From Tubiluchus corallicola (taxonomy: Eukaryota > Animalia > Priapulida), in contig JAQGDQ010000149.1 of NCBI GenBank assembly GCA_030141605.1, forward strand, positions 232,102-296,101: a stretch of DNA of 64,000 bases. The letters run 5' to 3'. Positions 27,101-39,100 of this stretch are shown one piece after another; position 1 is the first letter of the stretch; the number at the start of each line of letters is the position of its first letter. Position numbers and translations under genes: made by a program. Below the pieces are notes generated by a model. The model saw only the letters and a list, made by a program, of their open reading frames with translations, did not search any database and had not been told where the DNA came from.

Positions 27101-30100
27101 GAAACGTGAACGGACTGGAAAATATTCTCAGGTTCATTCCAGTTCTGTTCATGCTTATTTCAAAGGAGCACAAACGTTAGGCGATTTATGTAACAGTATT
27201 AAAAATGATGTTGAGGACCGTAATAGTGACAACTGCGATGATGATGGTAGCAATAGGAACTGCAGTTTGTCATGACTGTCGTATAACTGCGACTGGTAAT
27301 GATACTAATGATGAATGCAATGATAACCTGGTGATGACATGACGGTGATCATGACAATGACGACAACGATGGTGATGGTCGATGAAGTGAAAGTAGTCAA
27401 ACGCATGACTCAATTTGCTGATCGCATACAAGAGCAATACTGGCCTCTAGCAATTGTTGTTACGCCTCATGCATAATTGCTGTTATATTGTCAACATTGT
27501 GGTCGTTGCCGCCTGAACGGCCATTATCATCTTTATATTATCGTCGATGTCGTCGTCATCGTTATCGCGAGCTCGTCATTACAACAGCAACTACAGCAGC
27601 AACAGCAGAAAAGTGGATCTTTGAATAACTGTAGAAATGTAGATTCAATTAACATAGGATGACGTAACAAAAATTATTTAATTGTGCACTGTCTCCATTC
27701 TTATTAATTTTTCAAGAGAATTCACGAAATTGGAATATCGTATTGGATCACCCCCATTTTTGTTGAGCTGACACCTTTTGTCCTTTTCACATCTTTACAT
27801 AAAAGTTCTGCGCGTTAATTTCTCTCCAACCCGCCAGATAACACAATAAACATATTTTTGATAAAGAATTTATGTGAAATTTTGCAGTATTCACGTTTTT
27901 ACTTTGAAAAGCGGTCGGACGGACACAATGCAAACCCCAGGCCCTCACAGAAAATCAAGCCCTGCTGCTTTGCACACCACATACACAGAACGGATTTTCA
28001 AGTGGCCAGCCATCGACACATTAATGCAATCAACCCGGCAAATTTGGAACTCTTACCTTAGCGAGCTGTATCTTTACATGCAATAGTTCGTCATTATTTT
28101 TATTAGTATTTTAGTTCCGACTATGTTTTAACTACTGGCAAAGTTTGTTTGAAATGTTTTTTGTTACGTTATTCATAAATCATAATCCAGTGAACTGAAT
28201 TTAAATGAAATGGAAATAGCAAATTACACGAGGATGTGCCTGCCTTGGTTAGGTAATAGTTATGCTGAATTGTTGAAATTTCTTGTGGCTGGGATTCGGT
28301 ATGGTATCTCACCAGTTATTATGTTAACAATTAGAGTTATTGCGAGTCGTAGGCCACACATTTGACATTTGAAAGATGATATAGCAGCACCGACGGGGCT
28401 TCTAATTACTTACAAGCCGCTGAGATGCACTAAACAGTCACGGCTTTCTGTTTCAAGTGCACGCATACATTAGTGTCCGCTATATTTGATGCTTAGCATA
28501 TAAGAGCTAATTGATACTAATTCCATAGATTGCAGAATAGCTAGTAACTACATCAAAGTGTCCTGATTGTCCAGAAATCCGTGTTAATATACAAATGCGG
28601 ATGGTAAGAGTTGTGAAACTGGCCGCGTTTTCACTGTGTCCGCACAGACACAGACTTTTCTGTCCGCACCATTTTACGTCTGCAAAAGTTGTTTCCATTG
28701 GGTCCGCACTCATTCCGTAGCATTCTACACAAAATATCATAGATGCGGTGAAATTTTGGGCTTTCTAGGAGAAACAATCATTTGATTTCGCAACGTTGGT
28801 CAAAGAAAAGGGCAAATAGGCAACACATCAAGCGATGACCTCGTTTTTGAGCTCGAAAACAATGAAATGCTAGGCGAATATCATCACATCGCAACAATGG
28901 ACAAGGGAGACGTATATAAATTAAGAATGCAACTTGCAACGCTCCGTATTTTTGGAATTTAAACAGATTGGGTGTATTCACTTTGATTCTTTGAAAGAGA
29001 ATTGTCGTCAAAAGAGAAATATTTGTCGGATATAATTTTCATCGGTGCAACTGTACAACTATGCAGTGTAAATTTGAGAGCGTGCAATAGCAATAGACCA
29101 ACACGTCAACGTCGAAATAGTGTAAGAATTATAGGATATAGCGTGTGTAATTGTTTACTGTAAATTTAAAAAAATGCCTTGAATGAGGAATCGCAAAACC
29201 AAGCTAAATTTCCAAAACTTTAGAAAGAAGTAAAATTAATAATAAAAACTAAATGTTCAACATTCGCTACTGACCTCAAAAGCTATTTCATTTAGCAGAC
29301 ATCTTGTAAAGTATCTGTGGCTACATTTAGGGGTGCTCGTATCATAGAGGGGAAACCAAATTCTTCAGCGTGCATAATTTATTCCTTCTTTATTATAAAA
29401 ACTCACTTTCCCTTCCGCAGAAAAGGTTTGACAATTAAAATGCGGATCCGACCAGTACGTGGCTTTTCGTGCGGACGCAGTGGAAACGACAAACACGAAA
29501 CAATGATCTACAAAAGCGCGTTATTGCTTCAATTCTTTTCCGTGTGAGTCATACAGAAAAAGTCCGTGTCTGTGCGGGCGTAATGGAATGGAAACGCGGC
29601 CTAAGCGTACAAAAAACCACAAGAGAAGAGCACGTCCGCGCACGCGCGCGCGCGCGCGCACGCACGCACACGCACACACACACAAACGCACGCCAACAAT
29701 ATCCAAGTCACGAAATAAATCAACCATAGTTTAGTTTTTTTTTTGCAAATATTAAACTACACATAGGAAATAGAGGGAGCATTTAAGCAGAAGCTACAGC
29801 AGTTGCACAGACATACAGTTGAAAACCAACAAGGGATATTCCAGAAGATTGGTAAGTTTTACATTTTGAAGTATCTGAGAAATTATTCCGACTTGATACG
29901 CAAGTCGAATTCATTGGGCTACGTCAACAACCGCATGTAGGGACTTACGTTATTGATAAACGAGTAGGCTGTGACACACAAACACTCAGCCGTTATAGTC
30001 ATCAGTGTCCCAGGCGGTCCATAAAAAGAAGAATCATTTAATCCACCACGCGTGTATCTCAGCTAAATAATCTATAGGAGATACAGTAACTGCAACTATA

Positions 30101-33100
30101 ACAGCCTGTAAGTTTCTTTTAATACAATAATTTCCTTAGCGAACAAATAGGCAACTTAAATTCCATTGATGTTATTGGTTGTATCGTTCGATCACTAGTA
30201 ATCGAAATACCTGTGTCAATAACCGTGTAGTTCAGTTTTGCAACTAAAACAAAAGTTTCGACTGTTTGTGGTGGTGAATTAAGGCGTTTCCATGTCAACA
30301 CAATAACTAAAACGTTGCTGCTTTCATCTGAGTACTTTGTAGAGATTCTCAATGTGACGTCATATCCTCTTCCGCAGTTTTCCCACAACTGTCAGCTAGT
30401 CTTTAATATATGGCACGTTGACTGTAATGAATGTTGGCGTTTAAATTAAACCTATCTCTTCTCCCCGGCTTCACAGTTTTTTTGTCAGTTCAACTAATAG
30501 GCTTTTTAAAGTGACGTAATTAACTGCAGCTTCTTGTAAAGTACACTGCCGCTTGTCAGATGTTGTTAATTGTTATGTAAATTTAATATTTCACTGACTA
30601 TAAGTCCTGCCCCCTAGCTTCTGAATTAAGCCATTTAAGGTTTAATACAGTCGTAAATTGCATTAAATGCTACATCTTCTATATGAAGATCTTGATTCCA
30701 GTAGAATGAATACGGAATTTGCCCATAATCATTACTCAACCGTAGCATGTTTATTGTTCGTACTGCAGCTGCAGTTTGCAGTAATAGATTGGGATTTCTG
30801 CCATCAATTTGGCTTTCCAATGAAAATGACTTCTATACCAGTGAACCGAGAACTATCGTTCCATTCCAATCTAATGAAAAGCAGAATTCCTGCATAGTCA
30901 CGAATTACAAGCATATAAATTGATCAGATTGATTTTCAAATTGTTTTCATTTGCTGTAATTTTGTCACAAGGCCTTAATTTCTTTGTACACGAGGCTGTA
31001 ATTAATATTACCTTGAAAATAAAATAAAAGAAACAGAAATTTCGTTTGAGTCTTACCCGCAGTATAGTAAATATAATTAACTTGTTTGAGAGAAATAAAT
31101 AGTATGCCGGCTTGTTCTGATTTTATTAAGGTTGGCTTATTGAATTTTATATACTGCGCTCTTCATAATTCATGTCAAGGTAAGAGTCGTTGCATTCTTC
31201 AAACTTCAGTAGACTTCAAGCAAATAACGACTTCATAAAACATATTCAAATTATTGGAACAGTATCACAAAATGCTTCAACACCTGTCCAGTGTTATCCT
31301 CAGTCGTAAGCGTTCAAATTGTTTAGTTAGCAAAACACAATCGAGGATGACACCAAGCAGGTGTTGAAAACATGTTGTGGCTTTGTTTGAATGTTTTTGA
31401 AATTTTTATTAGTCCTGAGATTGCCCAAAGATAAAGCGACTGCAGGTTTGAATTTTTTTCTAGTGATTTGTCATAGTCCTTTTCTTGAATAAGGATATAA
31501 GCTATATAAGCAATTGAGATGGCGGAACCTGAAATAAACCTGTATTTGGGGGTGGGGGAGAAGGTGGAGTGGGATGGTGTAGCGTCGTTGAGTTAAACAT
31601 TGTAGGTACGTTCTTGCTGCAGTTCAATAAAGCTTGTTAGCTTGGGTAAATTACTGTGTCACATTCAAGTGCCTGCAAGTATCATAAACTGTGATGAATG
31701 ACTGTTTAATAGACAAGTGGCTTCTGATTTAATATTTGTCGAGTTACAGCAAGTTGCTATATTCAGGAAGCTGCACTTGAAGCTTTCGGGATAGAAGTTG
31801 CAGTTGCTGGATCTGCAGTTTCTTTTAGTTTTTTTTTGTAATCATGAGGTGAGTGGAAATTTCGAATTAAAGAATTTAATTAAGCAATTTTTACATTTCG
31901 TGTGGAACAGCAAATTTATTGACGCTTAATAGGTAACTAGCATTTTAACACACCGGTTATACAAATACTTGGGATTTTACTGAACAATACAGTATGTATA
32001 GATATTGTTTTTTAACATGCTTGCTTATTGCTTGTTTTTGTTTATGACCCGAAGTGTGCTTGTCATAATAATACAGCTATTTCAGGGAGTATGTGAAAAA
32101 TATGCCCTGTTAGTGGTAATAGTGTTGCTAAGTGGGTTGCTTGCAGGTTAATGTTTATAAATTTGTAAAAATTAATACAGCTGTATATTTGGCCTGATTG
32201 ACATATATCTACTTGTGCCTACTGTATGCACTATATAGTGTTCTTTTTATCACTGTTGTTATATAGCGTGGTTAAGTACTGACTGTCCGATTGACCGACT
32301 GACCAACCGACCGACCAACCGAGTGAATGATTAAGCTGGGTGGCAGAGTGGTTTCGACTTCGGACTACAAACACGCAATTTTGAGTTCGAGACTAGCGTT
32401 TTCCAATTCCTGGGCATATTCCATACGTTATTCGTTATTTATGTGTTTACCTGTATTGCTGTAAATGTAGGTCGCTAAATAGCCTGATATTGTTTGTTAA
32501 ATGACGACGATAAATGAATGTTGTCCTTCTCTTTTTCTGCAGTATAAGGACTAACTGACTCATTGACTGTGAGGCTGACTGGCTGAGTGATTCATTCACT
32601 GAGTGACTGACTGGTTTCGAGATTACAGGTTTCATTTATAAAAAATTGCACCATAAAAGTGCAAATTAGCCGTTTTGTCCTATATGTACTAGACTAGTGA
32701 TAATGGCATTGGTTATGAGTGGAGTGGTGGTGGCAGTATTGAGGGTTTTTTACATTGATGAAGCATACTATAGAATTTCCATTCACGTAACCTGCCAACA
32801 AAACACGTGGTTATGGATAGAATAAGTGCATAAGGTTAACAAACTGTATAATAATGGCTAATATTGACTGCTACTATAAATAACTCGCTGCTTCTGTCAT
32901 AAATGTTCAGTTAAAACTAATAACTGAGCCAGTTTAGTTATAAAACCAACGGGTCACTAATAAAATAAGGTATATTTTTACATTTAAGAGCTTCGTACAT
33001 ATCATGCACAGCAACATATTATGTTGTTTATGGCATTCATATATCCATGTACATAGATGTAATTTGTGTGGTTGTACTAACTTCCTAATGAAAACCCGAG

Positions 33101-36100
33101 TCGAGCTGATTAATGACTGCATGATCTTCTAGCTCACTTAGTAGGCAGGGAAGCGAATTTATGCATGCAAATAACAGCCACTAGACCTTGCCACAACAAT
33201 TGATTAGAAGTATAAGAGTTTAGCACATCAGTGAACGAAGCTGCAGAACAGCAGTAGCAATCACAGCTAAGCAACAGCATAAAGCGATGATGTTCTTCAC
33301 GTTTTTCACAAAGTTTGTGAACGAAACGGACAACTTACTGTCTGGAATGCTGTGATCCATGATTTTGATTGTTCTATTTCTCACAAGTTTCACATAGAAC
33401 CAGAAGTTTTTGCTCTTTCGGTCATTGCCCTTGTTGTCGCTTACAAATTGGAGGACTTCGATTTTTCCTGGTTCTTGTATGTGGTAATTTAATCTAAATC
33501 TTGAATGAAAGTACGCAACTCGCAAAATACCGGGAACTGCTGCACTTGTGACGTCACGGTTATTGGCTTCCACTTATTAAGTTATAAATTATGATAGTGT
33601 TGACACTGCATAGAGAGAAGGCACACGCTAGCGGAAGAGGCGCAGCTGGTTCGGAGTTCTCATTGATTAGTCGAATTTTATGATCAATCGCGCACGGGCT
33701 TATTTGCAATTGTTGTTATTTGTCGTTATTATCGACGGCGTATTCTTTGCACCCAGATGGAATTTGCTCCCTACGTTGCAAGTGTTTGATTATACAGTGT
33801 TTCTAGGTCGGTTAGTGACTAGTTGGGCTTATTTGGTACGGAGATACATCAAGCAATGATCGTTTATTCGATAAGGAGACGTCTAGTGCTGCAATTACTT
33901 AGTCGCATTTACTACTAAATCAATATATTTTAAGCGAGGAAGTTTGTTTGATTATTATATATGTTGTAGCAGACATAAGTGGATCTAAAAACTTTTAAAT
34001 TGCAGTGTGTGGACTTTTACAAAGCTAAATGAATTTGTAAACAGTAAATCGCGTAATACTGATTTACCTGCGATAACATCTGAACGAGACCTGTGAATCG
34101 GTCGCTAGTTTTTGTTTCTTTTCTTTGTATAAATGAAAATGAAGGATCTAGAAGCAACGTGTATTGTTGTGAAGCAAAAAGAATCCAGTGGAGAGGAGGC
34201 TAGCCAACAAAATGGGTAGGTACGCTTAGTTTTTTTGAAAATCGAAGACAAAGTCATTTGATTCCCATCATCTGTGTGATCGTCAGATCCTCTTCAATTT
34301 AAGTTTTTGGCTTTATGTCTTTCGTTACCATTTTAGATGAGCTAAAGAAGATTGGCAATTTGTTGACACCATTCTTGGACTATATATCATGCTTTTATAA
34401 CATGTGCTGAACTTCATTACATTTTTCGAGAATTGCTTATAAATTTTAGGGACTCGCTATCAACCCACCAAATGCTTTGAAAGTCGTTGAGCTCAAAACT
34501 CAATACAGCGTTTAAGAAATGCTTTCTCAACAGCTAGTGTTGTTTTTATCATAGTGCATAAAAACATTGAAAATCCTCGTTTGACAGCTATGCAGCAAAA
34601 TCGCCTCCTTGCAAACAGATTACTGCAGCTGTGAAAGTTTTAAAACACTGAATTTCTAGCAGCTTTTATATGATATGCTTTGGTGTTGATTGGTTGAGTT
34701 TACCAAGAATTTAAATGTTTTTCCGAGAAAAGCTTTTACTTCTTTCATATGTTCGTGGCAGCTTTGTATTTCCTGCACACACTTTGTTTGAGCGCAAATG
34801 TAAAGCATCTGATGCATTATAATTGTACAGTTTTTCTAAAAACAATTTGATTTGTTTAACGTATATATTTAACCCGTTAAAATGACCTAATGTGTAAGCT
34901 ATTAACAAGTACGAGTTCGTCTTTCTCATTTGTTGTTCTTATTGCTGTGCTCGGCATATAATTACGACCGAAATATAACCCCTTAATGTGGGACTGCTCG
35001 AACCCAGGCGTCCTAAATAATATATTTGTTGTATGCAGCTAAATTAGATCTGTAGTTAATCTCCTGTGGTGGGACGTAGTTAACTTACAGTGCTTAATTT
35101 TCACTGAACAAACGAACGTACATGCGAACTGATTACCCAAACTGTAATTGCGCCTTTGTATTTGCGATTATATACTTATATTAGTTCGCTTGGATATTTG
35201 TCTGAAGGGTTCCTGGCGGTACGAGACTTAGTACAATAATTTTAGCAACTATATTAAATTAAACTGCTCGAGTGATTAACCCGAGATGGAGTCCTCATTG
35301 CCCTGATCCGTCTTTAATTGATTTCAAAATAAAACGTACACAAACAACACACAGCAAGCCTGTTTTTATCCTAAAAACACGTTATTATTTTTATTGTTAT
35401 TATTATTATTTTATTATTACAGTATAATTATTATAGTAGTTTATTATAAGATTCAATAATTCGAAAACTATAATGCTTAGCATTACAAAACTTGCAGGGT
35501 ATAGGTACGTTGGGTTTGGGTATGGGCTTAGACAATAATATGATTAAAAGAAGTGGGTTCTTTAGGCGCTTGACAAACGGGAGCAAAATATAAAAATTAG
35601 GACAAATCACGCTCGCAGATTTGAATCTGAATTTTATTCAGTCTTGTTATTAAGCTAAGGCAGCGAACCAACAGTTGAAATAAGTGTACTGAGCTTTTGA
35701 GTTTGAGTTTTGAATTTTGTACCTAGTTAAATTCGTTGCGTTTGAGAAATCATTGTTTCAGACATCAATTGCGATAAAGAAGCCGGGATCCACTGAAATA
35801 AGTTCAAGCAGCAGATAGCTTTACGGGTTGTGAAATCCCCATAAGACGTATTTAGGCGTCTTCGCGGCAATTGTGGGATCTCACTACATTTTGAAGTCAA
35901 TTTATTTAGTTACTGCATTTTCTCAATAGTCCGTCGAACATCGCTTAGGCCTGTCTGTTAGGTGGTGAAGATGTAAAGTACTTTATAATAAAAAAATTAT
36001 TTTTGCGTATAGAATGGTATAAATTCCTCTTCTGTATCAAATTTGGCACACAAGTAACGTCTCAGATTTTCATTAAAGTAGTTTTAGATTTGCACATTCA

Positions 36101-39100
36101 ACATAGTATTATTAGGTAGATCATTAAATCAGAGAACTAAAAAACGTTAGAAATTTGCAATGCCAATTAAGAGAGATAGAAGTAAAGTAAAGATTATTTT
36201 CCAATTATGCATTACAATTTAAATGTAAAACAATCGAATTTAACAGTAGACGTTAGTTAATTTTAGTATTTACACTTTATAATAGGAAGGAAGAAGTTTT
36301 ACATTCCCTGTATACATAAGATATTTTCACATGATATACGTAAGTTTAAAATTTAATTCATTATAATTTGACTTTGAAGATGATCTTAATGTGATTTAAA
36401 ACCGATCTTATTTATAAGTAATTATTTTTAATAGTATAGACTAAGTCTTTGGTAATATGACAAGTTCTTCAAAACTAGTGACTGCGATCCTATTTTGTTC
36501 ATTTTGTTCAGTAGAAGAAGCCATGCTTCCTGTACTCAGGCATTCGTGCAACAATTTTCCGCGTAGATTAATCCATTAATTTCAGATTTACATTAACCTT
36601 AAACGATTATTTAATGTAGTGGAAAAGAATGGGATCTTCTGGGAATCCAAAAACCATTATTCGGCGCAATTAAGTTTCTCCAGAATAAATCTAAGCAAGT
36701 CGCTTGGCTTATTGTCGGTGAATCAAACACACAAGTCGGAACGACAAACATTACTTATAGCCAGGAAGTGGTCTAATGCATTGCTTCTCTGCATTTCGTG
36801 GCACAAAAGCACAGCATTTTGCTTGACATTTTTAAACAGACTATATAATGGGTTTGGCAGGAAACAGGTTGATGGTTACATGGCAAACCAAAAAGATTTA
36901 ATGGCGTCTTTTCAGTTTCATTGCCGCTGATTTCTCTTTTTTTAACATAGCAGATAATGAGAGGCCCTCCCAGTCCACCTACCTCAGTCAGGACCAGAGA
37001 AAGGCAGAAGGTACTTTTAAATCGAACTTTAGTGATGCAGAGGATGGTGACGCGTATCTAAAATTCCTCAGTTCACTGTTTCTTCTCTAAATATTGCTGC
37101 TGCGGACATAAAATGAATTTGCTGCATATTGCAGTTTATGAAAAAATACAGAAATGTTGAACTGTGAAAAACCGAACTTTCCAAACAGTTTTTGAGAATA
37201 AGCACGACTTTTTAGAAATTAAAACTATGCTGTTATGTAGTTTTCCAATGTCTTGACCTTGCAAATTTTGTTGCTTTGGAAATGTGAGTAAGAAGTGCAC
37301 TCTTATCGTTGTAAATTCTACATGTATTATGACGTAGAGAGCGTAGAAGATTAAAAATCTATCTTGGCAAACAATCTATAGGTGATACATAGCTGATAAT
37401 TGATGCATATCGACTGATTAATATGTAGAATGTCAGGGTGGAAGAAACAGTACCTATCAAGCTGAAATATCCCAGGTTTTCCACGTCAGTAATAATTTTG
37501 AGCAGGTGTTTAGAAAGGCAAACATGAAGCACCCGTAGTTATTCCTTGAGTTATCAAGTGCAAGGAAAGTTACTGAAATCCGAAAGCTTATATAAGTTTA
37601 GAGTTAGAGTACGTTATAACAGCACTATAGCATTACAGCATTACAGCGTTATAGCAGCGCTATACATTACACAGTACGTTAAAAATATACCTTGGTCAGA
37701 GGCTCTTTGATTTTGAGGCCTTAGCCTTCTGGCTTCAGCCTATCAAGCCTCTATCCGCCCCAATAACTGGCCTATACTTCTTTTATAGGCCTTCTTGTAC
37801 GTTGTGTATGCAACCCTAGTATACAAACATGTATAATTTATACCTAATTAGCATCACCAATTCGCCAACAACTTTAATTATTTATAGACAACCATTTTTG
37901 GTTTCATCTGTCACTGTGCACCATTAGCAAACGATATTAAATAGACTCGTGGAATTAATAAGCGTATACACTACCAAAATACAAGCACACGATTACATAA
38001 GAGGACTTCAGCTATACAAAGTGGTCTTGGCGACTGGTGTTCAAAAATTCCACAGAATTGGCAGTTGGCTAGTTGCTATTACTACTGTTGCCACAAATAT
38101 TTGACTTTCACTGACTCAAACATTAAATAACCGCTTGACTACAGCCCTTTTTAGGCATTCTAAGGTAAAACTAAAGAGAAAACGACATTATTGGGTAACA
38201 TTACTATTATGGTAGCCTGAATCATGATTGGTATGTCTGTAACTAGCAAAATATTGCCAAGCAGGAGAGTATACCTCTATACACCAAATAAAGTTATGGA
38301 CCCGTATAGATTAGGTCTCACTCTTTAATCCTACGATCAAAACTTTTGCTGGGATTATAGCAAACATCTTAATATATTAATGTATTTAAACAACTACGTG
38401 GTAACTTCTTACAAATATATGATTCAGCGAATTGATGCACTACATTATCATCATCATCATCACATGCCCATTACTTCTATTGTAGACTCTGGGAAGGCAG
38501 ACTCCCAAAATATAAGAAAATTGTCCTCAAGACTGGTAAACACAGGTTATATTAGTCGTTAGAAATTTTAATTGTAAAATTTTCAAGCTACGTCACGAGT
38601 GTGAACAATTAACTTATACTTTTATGAAACAAAATGGCTGGTAATTTGACTGTATTTAAGGACCCCACAGTTACAGCCGAGCGTAATAAATTCGTTATTC
38701 TCGGATTTGCAAGTTTTGGTTTCTTAATCAAATTGCGCGTACAAGCAATGCATAACATCGCATTAGAAAGTAAGTTCATGTAAATTGTGGAATATGTTCG
38801 TTTGGTTGAATCTAAATGGAACTTGTTCGTGGAAATTCTCTGCCTTTTTGGGTGCAGTATGAAGTCTCGAAGTTATAGGATTTTGATCGTTAACGCCTGA
38901 GCGACTGATATCGCGCATATTGCTGAAAGATGAAAGTCGTGAGCAGGGCGCATTTTTCCAATACCGGAAAATAACGAACAAGACATGTTTCCGGTCTCGA
39001 GAAACGCTGCCTGTTTGTTTATGGCTTATGTTTAAACTTCATTCAGAGAACGCAAGGGCTTCCAAAAATCACAACAGGCTTATATTGTATTATGCGCGAT

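Noticed and set aside
35473-35504. Another phase-2 ATG mini-frame (MLSITKLAGY-R, AG|gtacgt)
   Set aside because: Lies in repeat-like sequence after an ATT tract with no promoter motif; shows that such hits arise by chance
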